A DNA stretch of 59,110 bases from a virus (IMGVR_UViG_3300027600_000049:1-59110), one strand, 5' to 3'. Numbered from the stretch's first letter, positions 1 through 9,399 are shown. The notes: generated by a model not told the origin, from the sequence alone. Numbers and translations are program-made.

Positions 1-160
1 CTTGGTAAAGAGCCTTGGTTCTCCAAGCCCCCAGCAGGGGAGGGAGGGTCAACGGGTTAGGTATGCTTAACTCATCATCCTGTCTGGTAGGTGAAAGCCC
101 TATCTAACTGGTAGATGAATAATGTTGTATAGTAGTGCAACATTGTGAAGGAGAGTACAG

Positions 161-286
161 ATGATGGAGGCAGTGGTAACGTTTTTTTTGCTGGGTGCGC
201 TGTGCGTAGCGGTGGCTGGGATGGTGTTGTACGCACTCGCAGAGGTTTGGTTTTGGATGGATGAACAAGATTGGAGGGATAGATGA
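161..286 (+). CDS. small membrane protein (41 aa, MMEAVVTFFLLGALCVAVAG...)
   Basis: AAGGAG RBS upstream; one hydrophobic helix; ATGA overlap with the next gene; translated by hand. Confidence 0.6.
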   Translation: MMEAVVTFFLLGALCVAVAGMVLYALAEVWFWMDEQDWRDR

Positions 287-537
287 ACAACATATCAGAT
301 TGGCTTAACCGAGCCGACTACACGGCAGAGGAACGCCGCAACATATGCGCTCAACTCCTGTCGGAAGCGCAGTATTGGGATGTGCATCAATACCTGAAGA
401 TGATGCACGACAGCACCAAGCGCCCTTGGGTTGGGCTGACGGAAGAGGACTTGGATTACCTGTGTCATTTGGCATACACAGGTGACGAAGAATTTGCGTT
501 AGCAGTGCAAGCAAAGCTGAAGGAGAAGAACACATGA
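283..537 (+). CDS. hypothetical phage protein ending in a WVGLTEED...AKLKEKNT module
   Basis: ORF track; ATGA-coupled on both sides. Confidence 0.75.
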   Translation: MNNISDWLNRADYTAEERRNICAQLLSEAQYWDVHQYLKMMHDSTKRPWVGLTEEDLDYLCHLAYTGDEEFALAVQAKLKEKNT

Positions 538-800
538 ACGAAGAAGACGAAGCATTTGAGCAGTTGGCCTTAAAGCAGGGCCAATGGGAGCACACATCAG
601 GATGGAGAAAGAAACAAATCATGGACAAAATAGAACAAGCATTTCCTAACCCACACAGGACTGATATGACGGGCATGACCCTGCGGGATTACTTTGCGGC
701 CAAGGCTATGTTAAGAACAAGCGTGGGTTCATCCTACGAACAGCTTGCAAAGAACGCCTACGAAATTGCAGACGCAATGCTGAAAGCGAGGGAAGCATGA
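534..800 (+). CDS. hypothetical phage protein, MTLRDYFAAKAM family
   Basis: GMTLRDYFAAKAM...AYEIADAMLKAR motif, common in phage accessory regions. Confidence 0.8.
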   Translation: MNEEDEAFEQLALKQGQWEHTSGWRKKQIMDKIEQAFPNPHRTDMTGMTLRDYFAAKAMLRTSVGSSYEQLAKNAYEIADAMLKAREA

Positions 801-940
801 AAGCACCACCAGGAAAAGGCGCTTGCCTGATGATGGCAAAGATAACCTATCCCCGCAATCAGGAACTCAGTTGGAAATGGTTGCTGGCATGGGGCTTCTA
901 TGAAATGTATGTTGATGGATGGTATGAAGGCAAAGCATGA
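797..940 (+). CDS. hypothetical protein (47 aa)
   Basis: Fills the gap with ATGA overlaps at both ends; translated by hand. Confidence 0.55.
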   Translation: MKAPPGKGACLMMAKITYPRNQELSWKWLLAWGFYEMYVDGWYEGKA

Positions 941-1137
941 ACAAACCGATTACATCCAATAAGTTTGCAACAGACACTTGGAAAATGGTGCAAATGCTGA
1001 TTGAAGAAGCAGTGCTGGCAGAGCGTGAGGAGTGCGCCAAGATATTGGATGCCAATGCTATGGCTTGTGAAAGTCTCATCATGCGGAGTCTGTTGCAGTC
1101 AAACGCCCAAGCAATTCGGGTGAGGGGACAAGCATGA
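937..1137 (+). CDS. hypothetical protein with an AEREECAK motif
   Basis: ORF track; coupled overlaps. Confidence 0.7.
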   Translation: MNKPITSNKFATDTWKMVQMLIEEAVLAEREECAKILDANAMACESLIMRSLLQSNAQAIRVRGQA

Positions 1138-1496
1138 TTAAGGACGTACTGAAGTATCTTCAACCCAACGCAGTTATTCCCATTGATATGGAGACCACAA
1201 TTATGCTGGTCAACGCACTCAAAGAAGCCTTGGCACAGCCAGAGCAAGAGCCTGTGCAATACAAATGCACGGTGATCGATGACCAACATCCAAACGGGAT
1301 ACCTTTGGAACAGTGGGTGAAACCACCACAGCCAGAGCAAGAGCCAAGGATTGGTTGTGTGAATCACGATTGTGACCAATGCAAAGCACAGCGCACAGAG
1401 CCAGCACAGCAAAAAAAGGTTTGGACGTTTTGGGACTTATCGGGCGGGGATATTGCTGATGCCATCAAAGCCAAACTCAAGGAGAAGAACACATGA
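1134..1496 (+). CDS. mosaic hypothetical protein (ALAQPEQEP...AKLKEKNT)
   Basis: ORF track; internal QPEQEP duplication. Confidence 0.75.
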   Translation: MIKDVLKYLQPNAVIPIDMETTIMLVNALKEALAQPEQEPVQYKCTVIDDQHPNGIPLEQWVKPPQPEQEPRIGCVNHDCDQCKAQRTEPAQQKKVWTFWDLSGGDIADAIKAKLKEKNT

Positions 1497-1645
1497 GACC
1501 AGAAAAAATATTTCACGCAGTGATGCGAAGCAGAGGCTACATCGACACTGACTTCAAGATGGAGAAGGGTAGGTATGTAAACGCCGCCATGCAGACCCGA
1601 TGGAACTATTTCCTTTTGGGCTGGGAAATGCGGGGCGCTGCATGA
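1493..1645 (+). CDS. hypothetical protein (50 aa)
   Basis: ATGA-coupled; similar to 2287-2451 (Y..Q..W..F..GW). Confidence 0.6.
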   Translation: MRPEKIFHAVMRSRGYIDTDFKMEKGRYVNAAMQTRWNYFLLGWEMRGAA

Positions 1646-1803
1646 TTGAGCTTGTCCGCACATGGCAGGTCAGGGAATCTGGTAACACTACCAAGGTATC
1701 CAGCGGTCAGGCATGGCGGTGTACCAGATGCAGTCAACATTTTCAATTCAAAACCCAGGCGGATGCACACAAGTGTGAGGGGGCAAAAGAAAATGATGAA
1801 TAA
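1642..1803 (+). CDS. small zinc-finger protein (CxxC...H.C)
   Basis: WRCTRCSQHF...AHKC; similar to 2005-2166. Confidence 0.6.
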   Translation: MIELVRTWQVRESGNTTKVSSGQAWRCTRCSQHFQFKTQADAHKCEGAKENDE

Positions 1804-2008
1804 ATTTTCTAAATACTTTGTAGATTTTGTGAGGCCCAGAACCCTGCATGAAATCATTGCTAAGGAACTGCGGGAGGCGCAACTGCGAAAGCTGGAGGCC
1901 GAAAGCGGAGTTGAATACGCCAAATCTGTGGTGTCTTACAACGAACAGCGGATTGTGCGCTTATCAAAAAGATTGAATGAACATTCAGAGGAGACACAAG
2001 AACCATGA
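1793..2008 (+). CDS. hypothetical coiled-coil protein
   Basis: C-terminal part of track ORF 1646..2008, from MMNKFSK. Confidence 0.65.
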   Translation: MMNKFSKYFVDFVRPRTLHEIIAKELREAQLRKLEAESGVEYAKSVVSYNEQRIVRLSKRLNEHSEETQEP

Positions 2009-2166
2009 TCGCTGAACAGATACGCAATTTCTTTGGCAGAATCCACCTCCCCCCGGCTGGCATCCAGCCCAAAGGTAGGCTGTGGCAATGCAGCCAATGC
2101 CACTTGTTGTTTTTAAATAAGGCAGAAGGAGACAGACACAAATGCCAAGACCAAAGAGTGATCTGA
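2005..2166 (+). CDS. small zinc-finger protein (WQCSQCHLLF...HKC)
   Basis: GAGGAG RBS; ATGA overlap; translated by hand. Confidence 0.55.
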   Translation: MIAEQIRNFFGRIHLPPAGIQPKGRLWQCSQCHLLFLNKAEGDRHKCQDQRVI

Positions 2167-2321
2167 CGCAATCAGGTCGAGCAGTCGGTGTGCGATTGCG
2201 TGAATGGGAGTATCAAGAATGGCTGAATCTAGGAGGAACAAAATGGTTCCGCAAGCTATTGATGGACAGTTACAAAAGGAGGGTACATGAGCAATATAAA
2301 CAGAACAAGAGCGGCGTTTGA
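2142..2321 (+). CDS. small putative DNA-binding protein (MPRPKSDLT...LGGTKWFRK)
   Basis: AAGGAG RBS; pattern resembles a ribbon-helix-helix protein; translated by hand. Confidence 0.55.
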   Translation: MPRPKSDLTQSGRAVGVRLREWEYQEWLNLGGTKWFRKLLMDSYKRRVHEQYKQNKSGV

Positions 2322-2451
2322 GGGCTGGGCCGCAGCAAGGGGCAGGTCAGGACAATTGAATTGGACTGGCAGCAAGTATGAACATCCAAGAATTCAATCT
2401 CAATGGATTGCTTTTTTGATGGGCTGGACAATGTGCAACAACCAAAGGTAA
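2287..2451 (+). CDS. hypothetical protein (54 aa)
   Basis: AGGAGG RBS; similar to 1493-1645. Confidence 0.6.
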   Translation: MSNINRTRAAFEGWAAARGRSGQLNWTGSKYEHPRIQSQWIAFLMGWTMCNNQR

Positions 2452-2454
2452 AAA

Positions 2455-3249
2455 ATGTTTAACATAGAACTAATTAGCATCGACAAGGGAACACAGTCAC
2501 GGGTAGCCATCAGCCAGGAAACTGTTGATGATTACTCAAGGCAGATGGAAGATGGGGCCAAATTTCCCCCGGTCATAGTCTTCCATGATGGAGTGGAATA
2601 CTACCTAGCGGATGGTTTCCACCGCTACTTTGCCAATCGCAAGCTTAAGAATGACAGCATTGACGTAGACATTGTTAAGGGTACGCTGCGGGAAGCTATT
2701 TTCTATAGCTTGAAGGCCAACAAGGCGCACGGCTTACGTCCAAGCAACGCCGATAAGCGCAAATCCGTAATCATCATGCTCAAAGATCACGAGTGGGTAA
2801 AGTGGGCTGATCGTCAAATCGCTACGCATTGCGGTGTTTCCCATGTGTTTGTAGCCAAAGTGCGCAAAGAAGTGTCGGGCGGTAAGGCCCAGACAACCCG
2901 CAAGTACAAGGGTAAGGGTGGTAACGTTTCCACCTTCACCAACCGCCAACCCCAGGAGCCGGAGCCGGATGCCCCTGTCTATGACCAAAAGCAGGAGATG
3001 ATGGAGGCTTTGGTGGCTGAGAACGAGAAGCTATCAGAGCAGCTAGCCATAGCCACCATCGATGGTACGGCTGAAGAAAAGGACTTGGCAACCACCATGA
3101 TCGGTGAGTTGAAGGAAGAAATCCGTCTGCTCCAGATCGAATTGGTATCAGTCAAGAAGAGTCGGGATATGTTTCAGTCTGAGAATGCCCAGCTAAAGAA
3201 GCAGGTGGCAATGATGCAAAAGAAGTTGAAGGCAGTGGAAAATGCTTGA
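2455..3249 (+). CDS. ParB/Srx-like N-terminal domain + HTH + coiled-coil protein
   Basis: FPPVIVF...YYLADGFHR ParB/Srx motif; HTH-like WADRQIATHCGVSHVFVAKVR; C-terminal coiled coil. Confidence 0.85.
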   Translation: MFNIELISIDKGTQSRVAISQETVDDYSRQMEDGAKFPPVIVFHDGVEYYLADGFHRYFANRKLKNDSIDVDIVKGTLREAIFYSLKANKAHGLRPSNADKRKSVIIMLKDHEWVKWADRQIATHCGVSHVFVAKVRKEVSGGKAQTTRKYKGKGGNVSTFTNRQPQEPEPDAPVYDQKQEMMEALVAENEKLSEQLAIATIDGTAEEKDLATTMIGELKEEIRLLQIELVSVKKSRDMFQSENAQLKKQVAMMQKKLKAVENA

Positions 3250-4714
3250 GCTACGAGGCTACCAGACCGATACGCTGGAGGCTTTGCGCCAGGGGTTTGC
3301 AGCAGGTGCCAATGCTCAGATACTCTACGCCCCCACGGGGGCGGGCAAAACAGAAATGGCTATAGCTTTGCTAGAAGCCACCCGAGCGAAGGGCAACAGG
3401 GCAGCAATGCTACTGGACAGGATCATTCTGTGCGATCAAACCAGTCAGCGGCTGGAGAAGTACCACATTGACCACGGCGTGATGCAGTCAGGTCATTGGA
3501 GATACAGGCCGCATGAAAAGATCCAGGTCTGTTCGGCGCAAACCCTTGAAAGAAAGGGTGAATTTCCAGGTCTAAACCTTTTGATCGTTGACGAGGCGCA
3601 TCAAACCCGGCAGCAGACAATGGAGTTCATCAAGAACAACCCTGAAATCCGTGTGATCGGGCTGACCGCTACGCCATTCACCAAAGGTTTGGGCAAGACA
3701 TACACCAATGTTGTCTCAACAGTCACGACCAAGCAGTTAGTTGAGCAGAATGTGCTTGTGCCTTTGAAGGTGTTCATCTCCAAAGAGATCGACATGACCG
3801 ATGCCAAGAAGGTAGCGGGCGAGTGGAGTCAGAAGGAAGCCACCACCAGGGGCATGAAGATCACTGGCGACATTGTTGCTGAGTGGATTAAGAAGACCCA
3901 TGAGATATTTAAAAAGCCGGTAAAGACCATCGTGTTCTGCTCGGGCGTGAATCATGGCGCTGACCTAGCGAGGAAGTTTGCAGAGCAGGGGTATAACTTC
4001 ATAGCTGTAAGCTACAGGGACGATGACACATTCAAGCGGGATGTGATTGAGGACTTCTCCAAGCCTGACACAGAGATTCATGGGCTGATCGCCACGGACA
4101 TACTGACCAAAGGCTTTGATGTGCCGGATGTTCTGATCGGTATATCAGCTAGGCCGTTCAGTAAATCCCTGTCCTCCCACATCCAGCAGATGGGTCGCAT
4201 CATGCGCGGCTGCGAGGGGAAAGAGTTTGCCGTTTGGCTGGATCACAGCGGCAATTACCTGCGGTTCCGGCAGGATTGGGAAGATGTTTTTGAGCATGGC
4301 GTAGACAAGTTGGATGATGGCAAGGAGAAAACCAAGCCAGAACCCACCGACAAAGAGAAGGAAGCGGCAAAGTGTCCGGCTTGTGGATCGTTGTGGCCCT
4401 CCAGTTCGGATGCTTGCAGTAACTGCGGTCATGTTCGGGAACGAAAGAACAAGGTAGTCGAGTTGCCTGGGGAGTTGGAGGAGTTAACCGGAACCATGTC
4501 CAAGGCAGATAAGCAGGAGTGGTGGTCAATGCTGCAATGGTATGTTCAGACCCAGGGCTGGTCGCATGGTCGGGCGGCTCATGTCTACAAAGAGAAGTTT
4601 GGGGTGTGGCCCAGGGCTTTGTACGACAAGCCTGTCTATCCAAGCCAGGAGATTGTCAAGTTCATCGACAAAGGTATCAGGGCGTACATCCGGCAGATGA
4701 AGAAGGGAAGATGA
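3242..4714 (+). CDS. SF2 (DExH) helicase with a C-terminal Zn ribbon
   Basis: APTGAGKT, DEAH, TAT and QQMGRIMR motifs; CPACG/CSNCG. Confidence 0.95.
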   Translation: MLELRGYQTDTLEALRQGFAAGANAQILYAPTGAGKTEMAIALLEATRAKGNRAAMLLDRIILCDQTSQRLEKYHIDHGVMQSGHWRYRPHEKIQVCSAQTLERKGEFPGLNLLIVDEAHQTRQQTMEFIKNNPEIRVIGLTATPFTKGLGKTYTNVVSTVTTKQLVEQNVLVPLKVFISKEIDMTDAKKVAGEWSQKEATTRGMKITGDIVAEWIKKTHEIFKKPVKTIVFCSGVNHGADLARKFAEQGYNFIAVSYRDDDTFKRDVIEDFSKPDTEIHGLIATDILTKGFDVPDVLIGISARPFSKSLSSHIQQMGRIMRGCEGKEFAVWLDHSGNYLRFRQDWEDVFEHGVDKLDDGKEKTKPEPTDKEKEAAKCPACGSLWPSSSDACSNCGHVRERKNKVVELPGELEELTGTMSKADKQEWWSMLQWYVQTQGWSHGRAAHVYKEKFGVWPRALYDKPVYPSQEIVKFIDKGIRAYIRQMKKGR

Positions 4715-5523
4715 TGGAGTTGGTAGATTATTGTCGGGCGCATGGGATCGTCATTGATTTCCCACCACCCATCGGATACTGGAAACGTTACCACACAGTC
4801 GATCATCCAAAGAAGCGCAATGGTGCTGTGAAATTCATGGGCGACCATGCTTTTGTGCAGAACCATGCTACCGACACAGAGGTTTCCATATGGAAGCCTG
4901 ACTCAATCAGTGAAGGTGCCCGCAGGGATTACGCCCAGCTTGTGCAAAAAGCAGAGCAGGACAAGATTCGGATGCAGGAAAAGGCAGCGATCAAGGCAAA
5001 GGATCTGCTGCAAGGTTCGTTGTTGGGTAGGCATCCATACTTCAAAGCCAAGGGTTTTCCCGATGAAGAGGGGTGGGTCAATGACAAAAGGCTAATCATT
5101 CCGATGCGAGTGGATGGGGTGCTGGTCGGATGCCAAGTGATCGATGCGGATGGCGAAAAGAAGTTTCTGTCAGGGCAGAAGAGTTCGGGCGCATCGTTTG
5201 ACTTCGACAACAAGGGCAAGCATTTTCTGTGTGAGGGGTACGCTACAGGGTTGTCGTTGCGTCATGCGCTGCGGTGCTTGAAGCGCAATTATGTGATCCA
5301 TGTGTGCTTTTCGGCTGGAAATATGCTCAAGCTGGCGCAGAAATTCGGAGGGTATGTCATTGCCGACAACGATGAGAGCGGGACGGGGGAGAGGGTAGCA
5401 AAGCAAACAGGGCTACCTTATTGGATGAGTGATGTGGTGGGAGAGGATGCGAATGATGCACATCAAAGGCTTGGGCTATTTAAATTTACCCAAAGCCTGA
5501 CCCGATCATTGCCTATACGATGA
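4711..5523 (+). CDS. Toprim-domain primase-like protein
   Basis: CEGYATG, FSAGN, IADND and DAND Toprim motifs; coupled to the helicase. Confidence 0.9.
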   Translation: MMELVDYCRAHGIVIDFPPPIGYWKRYHTVDHPKKRNGAVKFMGDHAFVQNHATDTEVSIWKPDSISEGARRDYAQLVQKAEQDKIRMQEKAAIKAKDLLQGSLLGRHPYFKAKGFPDEEGWVNDKRLIIPMRVDGVLVGCQVIDADGEKKFLSGQKSSGASFDFDNKGKHFLCEGYATGLSLRHALRCLKRNYVIHVCFSAGNMLKLAQKFGGYVIADNDESGTGERVAKQTGLPYWMSDVVGEDANDAHQRLGLFKFTQSLTRSLPIR

Positions 5524-5718
5524 CATGGTGCAAGGCTCGACATACAGGGTTTCAGAGAATTTCTCCAGTATGGTCAAGCCTTGCAGTATCTCCATGCCCA
5601 GGTGAAAAGAATGTACGCCTTGCCCTATGTATTCGGTTCGGACGGTAACAATACCTTCCTCATCCTCCATTAGGAACACGGCGAACAAAGTCTTTGCTGG
5701 TTTTTGTTTCATTGACAC
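5506..5718 (-). CDS. hypothetical protein
   Basis: ORF track; last gene of the leftward cluster. Confidence 0.55.
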   Translation of the reverse strand: MSMKQKPAKTLFAVFLMEDEEGIVTVRTEYIGQGVHSFHLGMEILQGLTILEKFSETLYVEPCTMSSYRQ

Positions 5719-5721
5719 AGT

Positions 5722-5904
5722 TTACATACCTTCCGCTATCTGGGCAGCGGCTGCTTTGGATGCTTTAATTTGTTCTTCGGTCATGCCTCGGGCGATCATC
5801 ACGGCAAGCAAAATTGCCAGATCGCTTTTCTCCTCTGTTTCGGCAGTCAATCCAAGGATCAAAGCTTGGGTCAAAGCTTGCGTTCGGCTGGTGATTTCTA
5901 TCAT
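5722..5904 (-). CDS. hypothetical protein
   Basis: ORF track; ATGA-coupled. Confidence 0.65.
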   Translation of the reverse strand: MIEITSRTQALTQALILGLTAETEEKSDLAILLAVMIARGMTEEQIKASKAAAAQIAEGM

Positions 5905-6242
5905 GCTGTTAACTCCTCCGGTACATCCACTTCATCGCCCAGCTTGCTTGCCACATAGCACCGCATAGCGGCGATGAGGGGTGTGGTTCCAGACTCAGTG
6001 TGTTCAATGTAGCCACCCACCGAATCAGCGATGTCGGCAGTCCAAGCGCCGCCTATACGATCTACACTGATACCCTCCCGCTCAATGATCGGACCACCTT
6101 GTGACCAATTTCGGGTCGGGTTCCACTCATCTCCATCCAGCAGGTAGAAGACCCCACTAAAGTGTTTGATGGTTATGTTCTCTGCCCATGCCACCGCCCA
6201 ATCAAGGGCGGCACCTGTTAATTCATTTGTTTTGATCTTCAT
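5901..6242 (-). CDS. NinX/DUF2591-like phage protein
   Basis: LTGAALDWAVA...WSQGGPIIERE...TPLIAAMRCYV motifs. Confidence 0.8.
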   Translation of the reverse strand: MKIKTNELTGAALDWAVAWAENITIKHFSGVFYLLDGDEWNPTRNWSQGGPIIEREGISVDRIGGAWTADIADSVGGYIEHTESGTTPLIAAMRCYVASKLGDEVDVPEELTA

Positions 6243-6250
6243 GGTGTACC

Positions 6251-6742
6251 TTAAAACAAGCAGACAGTGCAGCTAGAGAAGTTTGCACGATAGGTTATGG
6301 TGGCATCGTCCTCACGGATTTTCTTGCCCGCAGCCTTGGTCATGTTTACATTCTGTTCTTTGATCGGGCGCAGCTTTGAATCGGTATAGTCAAAGTCCAA
6401 CACCTTGCGGGTTTTCTTATCGATGGTAACGATTCCATTGCCGCATCCCTTGTACTTTGCCTCCAGCAAAGGCTTGGGGATTGAGAATGTATCTTTCAGT
6501 GCTGCTCTGTTCTGGATGCTTTGGGCAATGGCTTTGTCCACATATTTTTGAAGCACATCGTCCGGTTGCTCTGCTGATAGACCATCATCGTACAGATACA
6601 TTGCCAGAAGGCGGGGGAAATTGGTAACTTCCAATCCCTCCAGAACAAACCCACCCATCATCGACATGATGCGCTCGGCATCATTCATCAAAACGATGCT
6701 CATTACATCGATTGCATTCCATTTTTTGCGAAAATCTTCCAT
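6251..6742 (-). CDS. hypothetical protein
   Basis: ORF track; start MEDFRK after an AGGAG RBS. Confidence 0.65.
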   Translation of the reverse strand: MEDFRKKWNAIDVMSIVLMNDAERIMSMMGGFVLEGLEVTNFPRLLAMYLYDDGLSAEQPDDVLQKYVDKAIAQSIQNRAALKDTFSIPKPLLEAKYKGCGNGIVTIDKKTRKVLDFDYTDSKLRPIKEQNVNMTKAAGKKIREDDATITYRANFSSCTVCLF

Positions 6743-6743
6743 T

Positions 6744-7232
6744 TTAAAAACTCCTAAAGGTTTGAAGTGCCTCGTCAAAAGGCAAAAGGTTAAGGATCAC
6801 ATCAGCTTTTAGCTGCTGCTTAAGGTCTGATTTAGCTAGGGCGGTTTTCAATTCGGCTGCACTCTTAGCATTCGTTGCATAAAGCTTGCCGTCACTTGTG
6901 TAGAGAATCTTGCTGGCAAGAAATCTTTTTAGGTCTTTCTTCATCAAATGATCGTTCATCAGTTCACCAAAAATAATTTCATGGTTCTGGTGAATTTCCC
7001 CTGGTTTACCTGTCGCTGGGTCGATCCATTCGCAGGTAAATGTGGGCAGCGTTTTGGCGTACTCGTCTATTCTTTCTGCCACCTCCCAGGGGTGTACATT
7101 GTCAGAACCACCTCGTCCATCGTTGTCCACAGTCCCGACACGAACCCCATCGATGTAGATGGATGCCTCGTAGCAGATCGTTTCTTGCGATGCGAAAGCT
7201 GAATACTTGACGCCTCTCAATTCAATTTTCAT
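6744..7232 (-). CDS. hypothetical phage early protein (SQETICYEA...NDGRGG motif)
   Basis: ORF track; motif recalled from phage early regions. Confidence 0.75.
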   Translation of the reverse strand: MKIELRGVKYSAFASQETICYEASIYIDGVRVGTVDNDGRGGSDNVHPWEVAERIDEYAKTLPTFTCEWIDPATGKPGEIHQNHEIIFGELMNDHLMKKDLKRFLASKILYTSDGKLYATNAKSAAELKTALAKSDLKQQLKADVILNLLPFDEALQTFRSF

Positions 7233-7492
7233 GCTTCCATCTCATTCTCGGCATCGGTGCCGTGTTCCATCAATTCAATGTTCCTGCGCTCGGTGTATTC
7301 CTCACGCAATTCGGCATCGGTTTGGTTGTCATAGCCAACAAATCCACAACGCAGAATTTCGCAAATCCAACCTTTCATGTAATTTCTATCCAAGTCTTCC
7401 AAATCATCGTCCAGCAAAATGCTGATGATTTCATCGCTGGTTAATTCGTCTGCTGGCAAAGAAAAAATTGTGTCAAATGATTCGATTTTCAT
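7229..7492 (-). CDS. highly acidic hypothetical protein
   Basis: ORF track; D/E-rich. Confidence 0.7.
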   Translation of the reverse strand: MKIESFDTIFSLPADELTSDEIISILLDDDLEDLDRNYMKGWICEILRCGFVGYDNQTDAELREEYTERRNIELMEHGTDAENEMEA

Positions 7493-7674
7493 GGCTTGCT
7501 TTCTGGGTAAAGTTCATGGGCTACTGTTCGGATGGTTGCATCGGTAACACCATTTTTGTAGTCGTGCGATGCCTTGAGGTAGACAAGCACCGACAGTGCT
7601 TGCTCGTCTGTCAAGTCCTGGCGTACATATTGAATGTCAAAGATGCCCCACTTGAGATCAATTAGTTCGCTCAT
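7489..7674 (-). CDS. hypothetical protein
   Basis: ORF track; coupled overlaps. Confidence 0.7.
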   Translation of the reverse strand: MSELIDLKWGIFDIQYVRQDLTDEQALSVLVYLKASHDYKNGVTDATIRTVAHELYPESKP

Positions 7675-8189
7675 TCGTCACACTCCTCTATTCCCATTTC
7701 GTCAGAAATGTCGTGCGGCACACCATCTTTTGATATGTCATAGCAGTCATCTTGACCATCGATCCATCGACCACAAAAATCCATTCCAGGCTCGTAGTAA
7801 TAAGCTGTGATCGTGTAGCCCAAGGCTTTCAGCTTGGCGTATGCGGCGCAGGGCGGCGACCATGCGCTATCAAAGCCAACAGAAAAAGATTTGTTTGTGA
7901 CTATGGCATCATCACCATAGGATGGATCACGACCCACATCCCACTTCGTACCCCATTCAGCGACCCGATAGTCGTACCAATGGGCATAACCATACTTTTC
8001 TAAGTTGGCTGCGACCTTGGCTTTGTTCTCATCATCTCCTGCGTTGCTTGCTTCTGTTTCAATCAGTTCGGAGGGACAGGGGATCATGGTCTGTAAAAAC
8101 TTGCCAGAGTTCCAAGCTTTTGCTGCTTTTTTAATCTTGGCAGCATTGGGGTGGCTGATCGTCATTGTGTTGTTGCACCAGTTCGGCAT
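7671..8189 (-). CDS. DUF1281/Api92-like ferredoxin-fold protein
   Basis: MPNWCNN start, WGTKWD, FDSAWSPP and YYEPGMDFCG motifs. Confidence 0.85.
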   Translation of the reverse strand: MPNWCNNTMTISHPNAAKIKKAAKAWNSGKFLQTMIPCPSELIETEASNAGDDENKAKVAANLEKYGYAHWYDYRVAEWGTKWDVGRDPSYGDDAIVTNKSFSVGFDSAWSPPCAAYAKLKALGYTITAYYYEPGMDFCGRWIDGQDDCYDISKDGVPHDISDEMGIEECDE

Positions 8190-8201
8190 GATATTTTTCC
8201 T

Positions 8202-8375
8202 TTAAATGATAATTTCGGATGAACCACTAACCTCACGCACATAGGTCACACCTTCGCTGTGTTCGGTGTAGTCTGTGAGGTTTTCGTTTACGGCTATTTC
8301 GTAAGCTGCATGAATGTCTGCGGCTTCGACTTCATACTCTCGGATGAATGTCTCGTGTATCAGGAATGAGGGCAT
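8202..8375 (-). CDS. hypothetical protein (EYEVEAADIHAAYEIA)
   Basis: AAGGAACACATC-ATG start context. Confidence 0.65.
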   Translation of the reverse strand: MPSFLIHETFIREYEVEAADIHAAYEIAVNENLTDYTEHSEGVTYVREVSGSSEIII

Positions 8376-8386
8376 GATGTGTTCCT

Positions 8387-8758
8387 TCAATATTCGGATG
8401 GCAGCATATGAGTCCAAGCGATGCCGTTGTAAACGGCAAAGGTCTTGAATTCATCCATTGGGAAATCTGTGAATGGGATGTACTGGGTCATCCAGATCGT
8501 GCCGTTGCCATCGTCTAGCGTCAGTTCGGCATCGTCTGCACCACTCACTTTTTTCAGTTTGGCGCACACAAATTCGGTGTTTTCATTTAGTCCCTGAGTG
8601 GTCAGATGTGAATCGATGGCATCGAATAACCAAAAAGCCCCAGCGGTTTCGGCTACATATTGGGTGCCATCGGTCAAAACTGATCGGGTCAGGGGCGACC
8701 ATCTATAAAATTTGTCCGAACCTGTGAAGTGGGAGAGGTCGAGTTCTGTTTTTTGCAT
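8387..8758 (-). CDS. DUF6876-like protein
   Basis: FTGS...LTDG..Y.AE..GAFWLFDAI...DDGNG...IPFTDFP...MLPSEY. Confidence 0.75.
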   Translation of the reverse strand: MQKTELDLSHFTGSDKFYRWSPLTRSVLTDGTQYVAETAGAFWLFDAIDSHLTTQGLNENTEFVCAKLKKVSGADDAELTLDDGNGTIWMTQYIPFTDFPMDEFKTFAVYNGIAWTHMLPSEY

Positions 8759-8768
8759 GATGTGTTCC

Positions 8769-9071
8769 TTAGTTGTGGTGGGCAAGGGCTGCGGGTCGGA
8801 TGCTGTCAAGCATGGCAAGGGCTGAGGTGTGCTGCCGTTCGACTGCGGGCTTGGTGCATCGTGCGGATTCGGAAATAAGCTGCTGGCTGAAATCTTTGAA
8901 TGGTTCGTACACAAAGAAAATGCCATCTCGTTTGCCGACCTTGGCAGTGGTGGTAATGTTTCCATCATGCCGTTTCATGGTGGTCAGGCAGATGTGCAAG
9001 TTATCGGCTAGCGGGGTCATGGTTTCTGCCATCCAGGTGCCGTAATGTGATTTTTTAATCGTGGTGTTCAT
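8769..9071 (-). CDS. hypothetical protein
   Basis: Start MNTTIKK after AGGAACACC. Confidence 0.7.
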   Translation of the reverse strand: MNTTIKKSHYGTWMAETMTPLADNLHICLTTMKRHDGNITTTAKVGKRDGIFFVYEPFKDFSQQLISESARCTKPAVERQHTSALAMLDSIRPAALAHHN

Positions 9072-9133
9072 GGTGTTCCTCTGTTTAGGCGAAATTGCCT
9101 CCCAAACCCTGCACGCAGGGCTTGAAAAGTCTT

Positions 9134-9301
9134 TCACAAATCCAGGGCGTAATCCTCTAAGCTTGTCACTAGCCCATCGAAATCTTCGGATGATCCGAGT
9201 AGGCTGGCGAGGGTGTACACAATGGTTCTGTCGTATTCTTCGCATAGGCTTTCGAGGTATTCCCTGCGGTTTGCAAAGCCATTAATTTGGTATTCGTTCA
9301 T
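9134..9301 (-). CDS. small acidic phage protein (NGFANRREYLESL...EDFDGLVTSLED)
   Basis: 55 aa, translated by hand; AAAGGAACACC RBS. Confidence 0.75.
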   Translation of the reverse strand: MNEYQINGFANRREYLESLCEEYDRTIVYTLASLLGSSEDFDGLVTSLEDYALDL

Positions 9302-9399
9302 GGTGTTCCTTTCAATTGTTCGGATGGTATCAGGTAGGTTATGGGCTAACCTGTCAGGCAGTATCGGGGTTGTGTTGCTGCCTGTCTAATGAATTTTTT

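Noticed and set aside
173-188. Additional partial palindrome copies (173, 1679, 12794, 20727, 31259, 54881)
   Set aside because: Two or more core mismatches; could be chance, so not counted
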